From assembly GCA_964016885.1 (NCBI GenBank), contig OZ024741.1:236902001-236966000 (forward strand): a DNA stretch of 64,000 nucleotides, written 5' to 3'. The notes beneath the pieces are model-generated. The model worked only from the letters and a program-made list of their open reading frames with translations. It had not been told where the DNA came from and did not search any database. The translations under genes were made by a program, and so were the position numbers. Shown here in pieces: positions 11,809 through 23,910 of the stretch. Each line of letters begins with the position of its first letter. Position 1 is the first letter of the stretch. The stretch comes from Eledone cirrhosa. Taxonomy: Eukaryota.

Positions 11809-13057
11809 ACCGACCTTCATGTTCATTTTAACAGAATTCTAAGATTCTACTTACAACCTATAGAACCTTCATATTTTAACTCTGCTCCAGAAAAACCTTG
11901 CAGACAACAGCTTCAGAAATCATAATTTTTGAGTTGGGGAGGCAGGAGGTGCAGGAATTTCTTTAAACCTGGAATTATTTCTCCTTAGTTTTACATCGAC
12001 CCAGGACACATTTACCATTTCTAGAAAAAGAAAACAAAAAATAAAAAATAATGAAAATAAAAAAGGAAAAATAAAGAAAGCAAAAAAAAACAAACGAACG
12101 AATGAAGAAGAAAAATAAGAATTCTTTAATACTTGTTGCTCATGTCTCTTCTACAGGAATTTTACACATTTCATATATTTTTCACCCTATTTTGTAGAAA
12201 TATTTTACCAATTTACATCAGTGTCAACATAATGTTTTTTTTTTTAAAAACATAAGACATTTGCAGAAACAGGACATAAAGAAGTCAACTGTAATAATTT
12301 GATATTCTATCTCTGGTGCAAACATTTTGGTAGCTTTGGAAGAAGGAACAGTGGGTGGGTTGGGTGTTATTTTTTTAAGAATCTTTCTGAAAAATTTACT
12401 ATTTATATGGAGACCTTTTGCCATTTTATTTTCACCATCAAATTGTGTTGAGAAGTTCTAAGTATAAATTGACAGATGTTTTAGATTGTTAGTTAAAAAA
12501 ATCATGGAATTAAAACCAAATCCTTCTTCAATATATATATATATATATATAGATGTGCGTTGATGTGTATAATGGATCAAATATATATATACACACACAG
12601 ACATGTATACATTCATAGGATATTCAGAGTTACAAAACCAGGACGTCAACCAATGAGTGAACTACATAATACATTTTGATATGTCGGGTGGATATATTTT
12701 ATGCATAGATACATACATACAGATGTGTGTATCAATATATATATATACACGCGCACACATACATAGAAAATTGTGATTTATGGAGTGCTCAGAGAATTTG
12801 AAACTTCAAAATGTAAGCATCCCAAAATGCAGAAAATTGCTATAACAGTCAATTACTATAAATAACAGTTGAAAATCAGATAAAAAAAACCTTAGAGGCA
12901 GAAAAAAGTGGACAAAATTGTTGACAAAGAATCACACATTATTCGTGGTTTGATTCCTTTTAGGTACTTTTGTCCACTTTTTCCTGATTTTTTTCAACTA
13001 TTATTTATAGGGATTGACTTATATTGTTTTCTGCATTTGGAACGGTCACATTTTCAC

Positions 13058-13114
<57 letters not shown>

Positions 13115-13273
13115 TATATGTATACATTTATATATATATATATGTGTGTGTGTGTTTGTATATATATATATATATATATATTTATGTGTGTGTGTATATA
13201 CACACACACACTTGTAAAGCATACAAACATACTTTTGTTTATTAATCTATCAAAGGAGTCAAAAGATCCAGTG

Positions 13274-13310
<37 letters not shown>

Positions 13311-13711
13311 CAGTTGGTCACTATAGCCAAGGGTTTTTCCCCCATTGGGACTGACCCCACAACACTGCCATCCACCATCTGTATTTATTTCAGTGTAGTT
13401 TCTATTTGTCCCCTGCTTCCAATGTATCCCATTGTCACCCAGTGGGACTTCCTCTAAAACTCTATGCAAACTTCCAGAAGATGCTTCAAGGAGAAACAGG
13501 GTTGATGCTGGTGGTAGGGAGTAGTGGGGCTTATTTTTATATCCATCACTACTACACCCTCCACATATCGCCAGATGTGTAAGCTAATGAATAGTATTGT
13601 TGTTTTATTTAGGGGTGTCTTTTTTTTGTTGCTTATTGAAAAGAGAAAAGATGTTGTGTCATAATTGTAATATTCTCTCTTCTCTTCACTAACATTTTGG
13701 GAAATTTGTTG

Positions 13712-13759
<48 letters not shown>

Positions 13760-13760
<1 letters not shown>

Positions 13761-16700
13761 GGGGCGGTGGATTGGCAGTATCGGTAGAGGTGTCGGACGC
13801 CAGGCTTTGACGCATAGAGTTACGGCTCTTGCCATTCCGTGTTCAAATCACGCTGAGGTTAACTTTGCCTTTCATCCTTACGGGGTCGATAAAATAAAGT
13901 ACCAGTAATGCACTGGGTAATTTCTGGCCTTGTGCCAAAAGTGGAAACAATTATTATGGGGTTGATAAAATAAAGCACCAGTAATGCACTGCTGGCCTTG
14001 TGCCAAAAGTAGAAACATTATTATTATTGAGGGCAGTGGGTTGGCAGAATTGCATCAGTTAAGTGTATAGCAGTATTTGTCCCTGATTTATACATTCTTA
14101 GTTTAAATACCACCAAGAACAACTTTGCTTTTCATTCTTTGGAGGTTAATCAAATAAAGTACCAGTCAAGTTCTAGGGTTAATATAATCGACTCTCCCCT
14201 TCCCACAAATGTCTATCCTTGTGTCTAAATTATTATTATTATTATTATCATTATTATTATTATATTAATAATAATAACATTATTATTGGGTAGTGGGGTG
14301 ACAGAATTGCTAGAGCATCAAAATTGCTTTGCAATCTTTAGTTACAACTGAACTGATATCCTGCCTAGGTCAACTTTGCCTTTCATCTTTCCGGATTTGT
14401 TAAAATACAGTACAAGTCAAGTACTTGGAGGGATTGATATCAACTGTTTCTTTTCCATATCCCTGGTCATGTGCCTAAATTAGAAACAGTTCTTATAATT
14501 ATTACTATTAATAATAATTATGATTTGGCAGAATCTTTAGAGTGTCAAACAAAATTAATCTTAGTTACAGTGCTTTATGTTCTAAGTTCAAATCCTAGTA
14601 TGGTTGATATACTGGGACTAGTTCACTTTACAGTACATCCCATACAAATTTGGTGCCTTGTACCAAATTTAGACATTGTTGGCAAATTCGGGAGAGGGTT
14701 GGATACAAAATACTATATTGTTTAGTTACAGCCCTTTATGCACTGTTTTCAGTCCTATTTCTATAACTCTGATCTTGATAAGATATGTACCAGTGTTAGT
14801 AGCTTTAGAGATGGAGGTAAATTTAATTGACTCCATGTCTTCTCCTCCTCTCCTACCATCAAAGTGAGAGAGTGAGAGAATTTGTGGCTTTGAACCAATG
14901 TGGCAGTAGACTTAATTTGTTATCCAGTTTAACACTATCATTGGGTGGCTTTTAGTTGAGCTCACCCAGTTGCAAGCATTCAGACCAGTTCTGTTTAAGA
15001 CTAACTTTTCTTCTTCCTCTCACTATTCTTAGAGGCTCTAAAAAAACTTCATAGATACTGCCTCATCTTTCCTAAGTGGTAAAAAAAAAATGAAATTATT
15101 TTTTCTCATTTCTATGTAAACACCCACCTCCATGTTGTAACTTGTCTTTGTAATGTTTCCTTCATCCAATGCCCTTGTGGCAAATAAAAGAAATAATCAT
15201 CATCATCATAATTGTGGTGGATTGGCAGTATTGTTAGATCATCAGGTTCTTTATGTTTTGAGTTCAAATCGTGCTGTCAACTTTACCTTTCATCCTTCCG
15301 GAGTCAATTAAAATAAAGTACCAGTTAAATATTGGAATCAATATAATCAATTTCCCCTACCCTGAACTTACTGGCCATGTGTCTAAAGTAGAAATCATGA
15401 TTATTATTATTACTACTACCACTACTACTATTATTATTATTATGGTGGATTAGCAGTATCGGGAGAGGGTTTGCAGCATAGAGTTACGTCTCTTTGCTGT
15501 CTGAGTTCAAATCCTGCCGAGGTTAACTTTGCCTTTCATCATTACGGGGTCAATAAAATAAAGTACCAGTAATGCACTGGGATAATTGCTGGCTTTGTGC
15601 CAAAAAGTAGAAACAATTATCATTATTATTATTAGGATGAAAGGCAAAGAGATTAGCTTTGACTTTTTACCTTACAGGATCGAGAAAATAAAGTACCAGT
15701 GATGCACTGGGGTCGATTTAATTGACTTTCTCCTCCCCTTCAAATTGCTGGCCTTGTGCCAAAAGTAGAAACAATTATTATTCAGTGGTAAAAATTGGTA
15801 ATTGGCAGATGTGGTAACTAATTATGTCCTCTGTTTTTGAGTTCAAATCCTGCCAGGGTCAACTTTGCCTTTCATCTTTCTGGGGTTGATAAAATATAGT
15901 ACCATCATACAATGGGATCAATTTGAACAATTGTAGCCCAACCTTTGACCTTGTGCCTATCATTAGTGACAGAAACAGATAAAATATACATTTCACTAAA
16001 TGCCTTAAAGTATTTAGTTTCATCCTGCTATATTCTGAGTTCAATTCCTATTGGATTTGAACTTTTTTTTTTATGTATATCTTTGGGGTCAATAAAATAA
16101 GTACCAGTTATACTCTGGGTTCAGTGTCAATTCACTGTGTTCCTCTCCCCACCAATTTTGTGGCCTTTGTTGCAATGTAAAGAATGGTAATTATTATTAT
16201 TGTTGTTGGTGGTTTTCACAATAAATATGATTATTACAGGACCTTCTTCTGCCTGCTAGGTCCCAACAAGGACCTTAGACAGACAGTATTTTTCTGAATA
16301 TATGTACAGTGCCTAGTAGGGCAATCTTTTGTAGGAGAGTAATATATGTTTCAAGGTCTATTTGCTCAAGATAACCTCTCAGTTTTAGTGTCATCGAGCC
16401 CAAAGCTCTGATGAAAACTGGAATTATCTTGATGTTCGATGGTATTATTGAGCATAGTTGTGCAATTTCAATCAAGACTGTGTTGTGGTCTCCTAGGATG
16501 GTAAGATCAATAATCTGGCATTCATTATTATTATTATCTTAAAAACAATGTTATTATTATTAAGGTGGTAAGTTGGTGGATTGATGGAATCATTAGAGCA
16601 GCAGAAAAAATGCTTTGCAGTATTTAGTTACAGCCCATTGAGTTCTGAATCCAAATGCTGATGTGGTCAGCTTCACCTTCCATCCTTCCAGGGTCAATAA

Positions 16701-17160
16701 AATAAAGTAGCAGTTAAGTATTGGAGTCAATTTAATCGACTTTACTCTCCTATTAAAATTGCTGACCTTGTGCTTAAATTAGACATCATCATTATTAATG
16801 TTAGGGCGGTGGATTGGTAGAGGGTCAGACGCCATGCTTTTGACACATAGAGTTACGGCCCTTTCCATTCTGAGTTCAAATCCTGCCAAGGTTAACTTTG
16901 CCTTTTATCCTTACGGGGTCAATAAAATAAAGTACCAGTAATGCACTGGGTAATTGCTGGCCTTGTGCCAAATGTAGAAACAATTATTATAAGTGTGGTG
17001 GATTGGCAGAATTGTTAGAGTGTCAGATAAAATACTTTGCACTCTTTGTTTTAAGTTCAAACCCTGCCAAGGTCATTTTGCCTTTCATCTTTACTGGATT
17101 TATAAAATTGAGTACCAATGAAGTACTGGGATTGATATGATTGTCTTTCCCTTCCTCCAA
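13760..17160 (+). mobile_element. Chain of ~14 same-orientation tRNA-headed SINE copies separated by (ATT)n
   Basis: Recurrent head ggcggtggattggcag...gagttcaaatcc (B-box-like), core aactttgcctttcatccttacggggtcgataaaataaagtaccag and tail ggccttgtgccaaaagtagaaacaattattat. Confidence 0.9.
16190..16520 (-). mobile_element. 3' fragment of an R4/Dong-clade RLE LINE
   Basis: IIPVFIRALGSM...LLQKIALLGTVHIFRKILSV* is a typical R4/Dong C-terminus; followed by a short UTR and (TAA)n. Confidence 0.7.
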
Positions 17161-17179
17161 ATAACCAGTCTCAAAACAA

Positions 17180-17490
17180 TCAACAATTGGTAAAAAATCA
17201 TTATGTAATGGAGTTGTGAAACAAAAACTATACTCTAAATAACATTTAAAACATTTCAAATATCAAAATATAACTTTATAAATATATTCTCCACTTAAAA
17301 GAATTTCAAAACTGCATCATCTAAAGTTTAATTCAAACCCAGTGTATAAATGAAGGCAGCTAATCAACATGATGTTTAGATTCTAAACATCATGTTGATT
17401 AGCTGCCTTCATTTATACATTGGGTTTGAATTTTTGCCCATTTCTCAGGCATAAAATAGGGGGACGGCTTATATTCAATTACATACGGTA
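17180..17490. mobile_element. pogo/Tigger-like MITE end containing a 103-bp palindrome
   Basis: Terminus ggcttatattcaattacatacggta resembles the reverse complement of tactgcatatactcgaatataagc at 54366; 17205-17290 matches 54900-54990. Confidence 0.6.
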
Positions 17491-18219
17491 TATATATATA
17501 TATAGTATCAGCAGTAAAATGCACAAAGAGAAACAGACAACTGCATCTCTATCTCTTCAACCACCTTCTTGCATGCAATTTTGTGTATGTATCCACAGGA
17601 GGTGCAGTTGGGTCACATGTTGACTAAGAAGAAAGACGTTTTACATAACTGTAAGATCTCCCATAAGGTGAATTCATTCAAAGGTGCAAAACACTCTAGA
17701 GACACTTGTCAGCTTATGTTACCTAGCTGATCAAATTAGCAAAAAAATGTGGACTGCATGTTTTATCATATCACCAGTGCTACATTATTATGACAGTGTG
17801 GTGCAGTGATGAAGATAGGATGAGAGCAAGCATTCTAAGAAATTTGCAGAAGATGAAAATATAGAAAGAAATGGGGAAAGATGATCTCAAGTGATGAGAA
17901 TGAGCTGAAAAAAAATCTGTCCAAACTATGCAAGCATGGAAAAACATGTAAGATGATGATAATGATATATATGTGTATAATATATATAATTAAAAGTGGT
18001 TTTCAGAAGAAAACCAGTTAAATAAGGTACTAATAGAGAAGTTTCATATTTATTTCTACTTGACTAGATTCATTTCATTAGTTTGAAATCATAAAGGCAT
18101 ATATATATTATAAGAGACGAGATCACTTAACAGGTTTGTAGAGTTTAATGTAATACAATAAACAGCTACAAATTGTTTAAATATGCCATAATCACATAAA
18201 ACACTTGTAGAGTAGTATT

Positions 18220-19560
18220 GTTAATGTATGAGAGCCCACAATATAAGGATGGTGGATGGGGATATGATTTGAAGTGAAGGCTGGAGTGCCACATAGATTA
18301 GTATTAGCCCATTGTTATTTATCGTTGTGATGGAGCTACTGCCCCAAAGTATTAAGGAGGGTTTACCATAGGAGTTGCTGTACACACATGAGGTTTTAAT
18401 AGCAGTGGGTATGGATGGACTGAGAGGGGTTAATAGGGGAAGGAATGTACAGAGATAAAATGTTTGAAGGTGATCATATGCAGGAAGAATGGAGTGAACT
18501 TCCTTAAATGTACAATATGCACTGGGTAGATCCATTGAAAAAACAAGAGTGAAGGTGACTCAGTGATGAAGTATACATACACTGAGAAAATAGATTGGTG
18601 AAGAATAACCAATTTTGAGTCATCTCTTTGCTCAGTGTAGAGAATAAGATTTTCTTCAGTATTGTATCCAAAATGCTCCAGCTTTCTGCTAAGTAACACG
18701 TACATCAGTGAAACACAGTGTCATACTTGAGAGTCTGGCATAGCACAAAGCTGGACTTGGGAGCTCAACGTCAAACTGATAAGTGAAAGACATCTACTGC
18801 AGTCCAGGAAGCAAAGGTGTGGCTGAAATATAATGCCATTCTTGAGAGTCCAGCATAGGGCAAGGCTGGACTGAGGAGCTCAACATCTAACTGATATGAC
18901 TCAATAAGCAGGAAGGAGAGGTAGAAGCTAATGCAGGAAAAGGCACACACTTCAGTAAGCAAATAGAGTTGTAGAAATGAGAAAATAAGCTGCTTAGATG
19001 AAGTGGGAACAGATAATAGATTGGAGGTGTACATGGTAATAATCTGGAAATGGAACACTCAGAGGATCAAGTTCTTGATTTGAACCATGATGTTCTCCCT
19101 ACCTCATCCAAACTAAAGTGTCCTCTCTAAATCATACAACCTATTTTCATGTAACATAATGCAAAGAAAGCCCCTCAAATACATCTTGAGTAGCTGCTCC
19201 AAGGCACTGGGAAAGAGTTGTTATCACTGGAAACATGGCCAGATTCTCAAAACCATTGCTGAAGCAATCAGCGACAGCAGCCACTCATGATACAACTTGA
19301 AAAATCGTCTTTATTAAGAGAGTAAAGTGGCTGACAAAAAGACTCGAGAACTGTTTGGTTGATTTGCTTTTTTGCAATATGAAGCTGAATAACAGTTGAC
19401 CTGAAGAGGTGAATGGGAGTATATAATTCAGTCCTTACAGAGGCCAGATATCATCTTGATTTCTGTGAGCTCATTTTGCTGTAGCTAACTGTTGTCTTGA
19501 TGGGGCTGCAGAACAGGAAGAGGGCGAAGTGCCAGGAGTAGATGGGGATCCAGGTTGTCA
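18220..19560 (+). mobile_element. Highly degraded Hero-like (RLE-type) non-LTR retrotransposon
   Basis: LKYILSSCSKALGKSCYHWKHGQILKTIAEAIS (zinc knuckle/RHD region) at ~19175-19272 and RPDIILIS at ~19441. Confidence 0.6.
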
Positions 19561-19849
19561 TCAATTACAGGCTCACAGGTAATTAGATTAGTAAGGCCCA
19601 TGGAATCCAGAATGTTATGGGAGCGAACAAGAAGAATGTATGGGAGTAAAGATGAAGTGCATAGTAAGATGTCGTAGAGAATGCATCTAGATGGCTCAGC
19701 TAAAAAGAGGTAACTGATAAGGTGAGTAAAATGCCAATTGAACACAGTCCAAGGCTAACTTGATCAACATCAATCAGGTCATCTGGACGAGAGTGTATGT
19801 TGAAGCACAGGAAACACATTATATATATGTGTGTGCGTATGTATGTATA

Positions 19850-19879
<30 letters not shown>

Positions 19880-19880
<1 letters not shown>

Positions 19881-21175
19881 CATCATCATTTTCATCATCA
19901 TCATTTTACATCCGCTTTTCCCTGCTTGCAAGGGTGGGACGGGTCTTATTCAGCACAGCATCTCTCCACTCGTCACGGTCCTTCGTCATCTCTACCGTGA
20001 GCTTCAATGATCTGAGGTCTGTTCTCATGACCTCTGCCCATGTTTTTCGTGGTCTATCTCTACCACGTCTTCATTCAACTGGTATTTCCTGGCACTTCTT
20101 CACCCATCGGTCATCCTCCATGCGCATCACATGTCCATACCACCTCAGTCTCCTCTCCCGTACACTACATTCTATCCCGCTCAGACACAGTTTCTTTCTC
20201 AACACATTCATGCTGGGTCGTTCACGCACATTGACATTGCACATCCAACGAAACATGCTTACCTCATTTCTCTCCAACCGTCGCATATCCTCTGCAGTTG
20301 CTGCCCGTGTCCCACTACCATGCAGCATCGCGCTCCTCACACAGGCATCATACAACCGGCCTTTCTTACGCAGGGAGAAACCCTTCTTCGTCAACAGAGG
20401 AAGCAGCTCCCTAAACTTCTTCCAACCCGTCCTTATTCTAGATACTATGGCCTCGGAACACCCTCTTCCCATGCTAATCTGATCTCCTAGGTACCGGAAG
20501 CTGTCCACCACTTCTATAGCGCCCTCCTGCATTTGAAAAATGTGTCTATCAATGCGACTTCTACTGTCTAATTTCCCTGTACATCTACTGCATACATATT
20601 TCTCCCTACCTGTTAGTTTGCCTGCTATCCTGATACATCTCTTGTGTACCCAGGATCTGCATTGTGTGCATTTTATAGAATTTATGCCAGTTCCTTTTCT
20701 GCATATCGAACATGGCCATTTCCCTGACGGAATCAGGGTTTTGTCCTCTTTTCTACTCATCAACACTTTTGTCTTAGCCAGGTTCACTCTCAGTTCTCTT
20801 GCTTCCAACTGCTGTTTCCATAGCCAGAATTTATTTTCTAGCTCCTCTACTGATTCTGCTATAAGAACCATATCGTCAGCATAGAGAACTTCCCATGGAC
20901 AGCCAGTCTTAAACTCCTCTATTATGGCTTGGAGGACTATAATGAACAAGAGTGGGCTGAGGACCGAGCCCTGATGTACTCCTACTTGTATCTGGAATTC
21001 CTCACTAAACTCCATTCCTATCCTGACTTTACTGAGAGTACCTCTGTACAAAGTTTGCACTGTCCTCACAAGCCATTCCTCAACACCTAGCTTCCTTAGG
21101 GACCACCAGATGACAGATCGGGGTACCCTATCAAAGGCCTTCTCTAGGTCAACAAAGGCTAAATATAGTGGCTTA
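19880..21175 (-). mobile_element. 5'-truncated RTE LINE, near-intact RT C-terminal ORF (20071-21069) with (GAT)n tail
   Basis: VGVHQGSVLSPLLF, LYADDMVL, FRYLGD and RRLRWYGHVMRM; 3' end cccgtcccacccttgcaagcagggaaaagcggatgtaaaatgatgatg. Confidence 0.95.
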
Positions 21176-21529
21176 TTTATATATATATTTATTAAAATAA
21201 CAGATTAAAGTTTAAGCAAAAAATCGCTGCTTTCTTTGGATTTTAATCTTTACATTTATTATTATTACTATATATATATACATAGGAAAATGTTCAAGAC
21301 CCCGACGGCAGAACTCAAGCCGTTTCAACGGCTATTTCTGGACATTTTCCTATTACCCACTCTACAACCCTAAGTACTGAGTACTCTGGTGCATTATGGT
21401 CAATCTGGTTCCTTACCACACTTTCTTCGTTATATATATATATATATAAAATAAAAAGTAAGCAAACCAATCAAAAAGGAAAAATTGGTGATTAGTTACG
21501 CATATTACAATATAGATTGCGTATATATA

Positions 21530-21630
21530 CAGGGTGTCACAAAAAATGTATACACACTTTGATTACCTGTATAGGCAATATTTATTAAAATGTTGTTGAA
21601 GTGTGTATGCATTTTTGGGGGGACACCCTG
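21530..21630. mobile_element. 101-bp Tc1/mariner-type MITE
   Basis: TIRs cagggtgtcacaaaaaatgtatacacactt / aagtgtgtatgcatttttggggggacaccctg, flanked by TA on both sides. Confidence 0.8.
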
Positions 21631-21836
21631 TACATACATATATACATACAGCGTCCGCTGTTATATATATATATATATATGATGGGTGCCCCCTCATTAT
21701 CGAGTATGGCCATTGCACGAGAACCCCCCCCCCCCAAAAAAAAACCCATAATAATAACAATAATAATAACGACAACAACAACAATAATAATATAGATATA
21801 TATACACACAGGCACATATATATATGTATATATATA

Positions 21837-23057
21837 TGGTGGCTGCCAACTCGTTTTCGAGTATGGCCATTACTTTATATCCATGTAGGAGAACCCCTAC
21901 CGATGCACTGAACGAATGTGACTTTTTAGTCCAGCCAGCGACTTGAAAACTCTGCTACAAGCACTACACTTGTGACAATTATTGACACATAGTGCTGGGC
22001 CCATGGTACCATGTGACGACAAGTACAGAGAGATCTCCAGATATAAAGCAATGCCTGTGCCGTGAAGCTTTTATAGTGAGCAAAGGCACTGCACAAAGCC
22101 AGTCCCACTCGCTTAACCAGGATGATATTTACCAAAAAGAAGAACAAGTCAACATCATTGGATACCATCAGGGTTGCAGGTGTTATATCAGAGTTTTCCT
22201 TCTTCTAGAATTCTGCCTCATGGTCGGGTCGTTGGCGACTAAACTGGCAACCCCACCAAGGTTTCTTGGTGAGGAGGGTGACTTTGGACATCCTGCAGGA
22301 CTAAAAACAAAACCTGTCAAAGAGCAAAGGAGCTCTTAAGAGTCAATGGCCATCCAAAATCACTGGGAGAGATGACCCCTTAGCCTTTGTATATATATAT
22401 ACATACATACTTACATACATGGTGGCTGTCAACTCGTTTTCGAGTATGGCCACTACTTTATATCCATGTAGGAGAACCCCTACCGATACGCTGAACAAGT
22501 GTGACTTTTTAGTCCAGCCAGCGACTTGAAAACTCTGCTACAAACACTACACTTGTGACAATTACTGACACATAGTGCTGGGCCCATGGTACCATGTGAC
22601 GACAAGTGCAGAGAGATCTCCAGATATAAAGTAATGCCTGTGCCGTGAAGCTTTTATAGTGAGCAAAGGCACTGCACAAAGCCAGTTCCACTCTCTTAAC
22701 CAAGATGATATTTACCAAAAAGAAGAACAAGTCAACATCATTGGATACCATCAGAGTTGCAGGTGTTATATCAGTTTTCCTTCTCCTAGAATTCTGCCTT
22801 GACAAAAGCTAAGGGGTCATCTCTCCCATACATACATACATACATAAATACATGGTGGCTGCCAACTCGTTTTCGAGTACGGCCACTACTTTATATCCAT
22901 GTAGGAGAATCCCTACCGATGCGCTGAACGAGTGTGACTTTTAAGTCCAGCCAGCGACTTGAAAACTCTGGTACAAACACTACACTTATGACAATTATTG
23001 ACACAGTGCAGGGCCCATGGTACCATGTGACGACAAGTGCAGAGAGATCTCCAGATA
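21837..23057 (-). mobile_element. Three adjacent copies of a short RTE-derived non-autonomous element (5' UTR piece + 3' C2H2-finger end)
   Basis: Copies at 21837-22390, 22420-22828 and 22853-23057; minus strand encodes CSVCTRVFKSLAGLKSHTRSAH and carries the RTE 5'UTR-like motif ctaggagaaggaaaact. Confidence 0.75.
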
Positions 23058-23111
23058 CAAACATACATACATACATACATACATACATACATACATACAT
23101 ACATACATACA

Positions 23112-23560
23112 TTAAAAGCTACAGCAATGTGGAAGACATCCATGTACATAATATGAAAGAGGACTGGTGGAATGTTCCAGTAAAAACCCTAATAAAATGC
23201 AGGCATAACAGACCAGATATTATGATATGGGACAGGGAGAAGAAAGCATGCACAGTAGTGGAAATTAGCTGCCCAGCAGATGCCAATATAATATCAAAGA
23301 TTAATGAAAAGGAGAACATTTATGCAGAACTGATGAGAAATCTGCAGATACTCCACCCTGATTACACCTTCAGATTTATGTCTGTGATTATTGGGACACT
23401 GGAATATGTTAGTAACTGCCTCAATACAAATCTTGAGAAGCTAGGCTTCACAAGAACAGAAAGAACACAACTAGTTAGGAAATTACAAGTACAATCCATG
23501 AATGGAACAGTAAAAATATGTAAGACATTCCAAAAATGTTGCATCTAATAACTGCATATA
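23112..23560 (+). mobile_element. 3' fragment of an R4-clade RLE LINE (restriction-like endonuclease)
   Basis: HNRPDIMIWDREKKACTVVEISCPADANIISKINEKENIYAEL...VIIGTL, a PD-(D/E)xK-type RLE; flanked by (TACA)n. Confidence 0.8.
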
Positions 23561-23756
23561 CACATATACACATGCACACATACAACTCAAAACATACACA
23601 TCCACACATACAATAACATCCATATCTACACATGCATGCATACATACATATCTACCTAGTTGATGTTGTGTAAATTCCAATGAGAGAGTATTGTGTCTAT
23701 GTTAGAAACCGACTCTCTCTCTATTGGTAAAACTTTGTGAAATTATAAAACCAGAA

Positions 23757-23878
23757 CATACATACATACATACATACATACATACATACATACATACATA
23801 CATACATACATACATACATACATACATACATACATACATACATACATACATACATACATACATACATACATACATACA

Positions 23879-23907
<29 letters not shown>
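23757..23907. repeat. Perfect (CATA)n microsatellite, ~150 bp
   Basis: Directly visible. Confidence 0.98.

Positions 23908-23910
<3 letters not shown>

Noticed and set aside
12908-13354. YIYI/MYVC/HTYI-type ORFs here and at 6470, 23702, 34369 and 55548
   Set aside because: Translations of (TA)n, (TACA)n or satellite repeats
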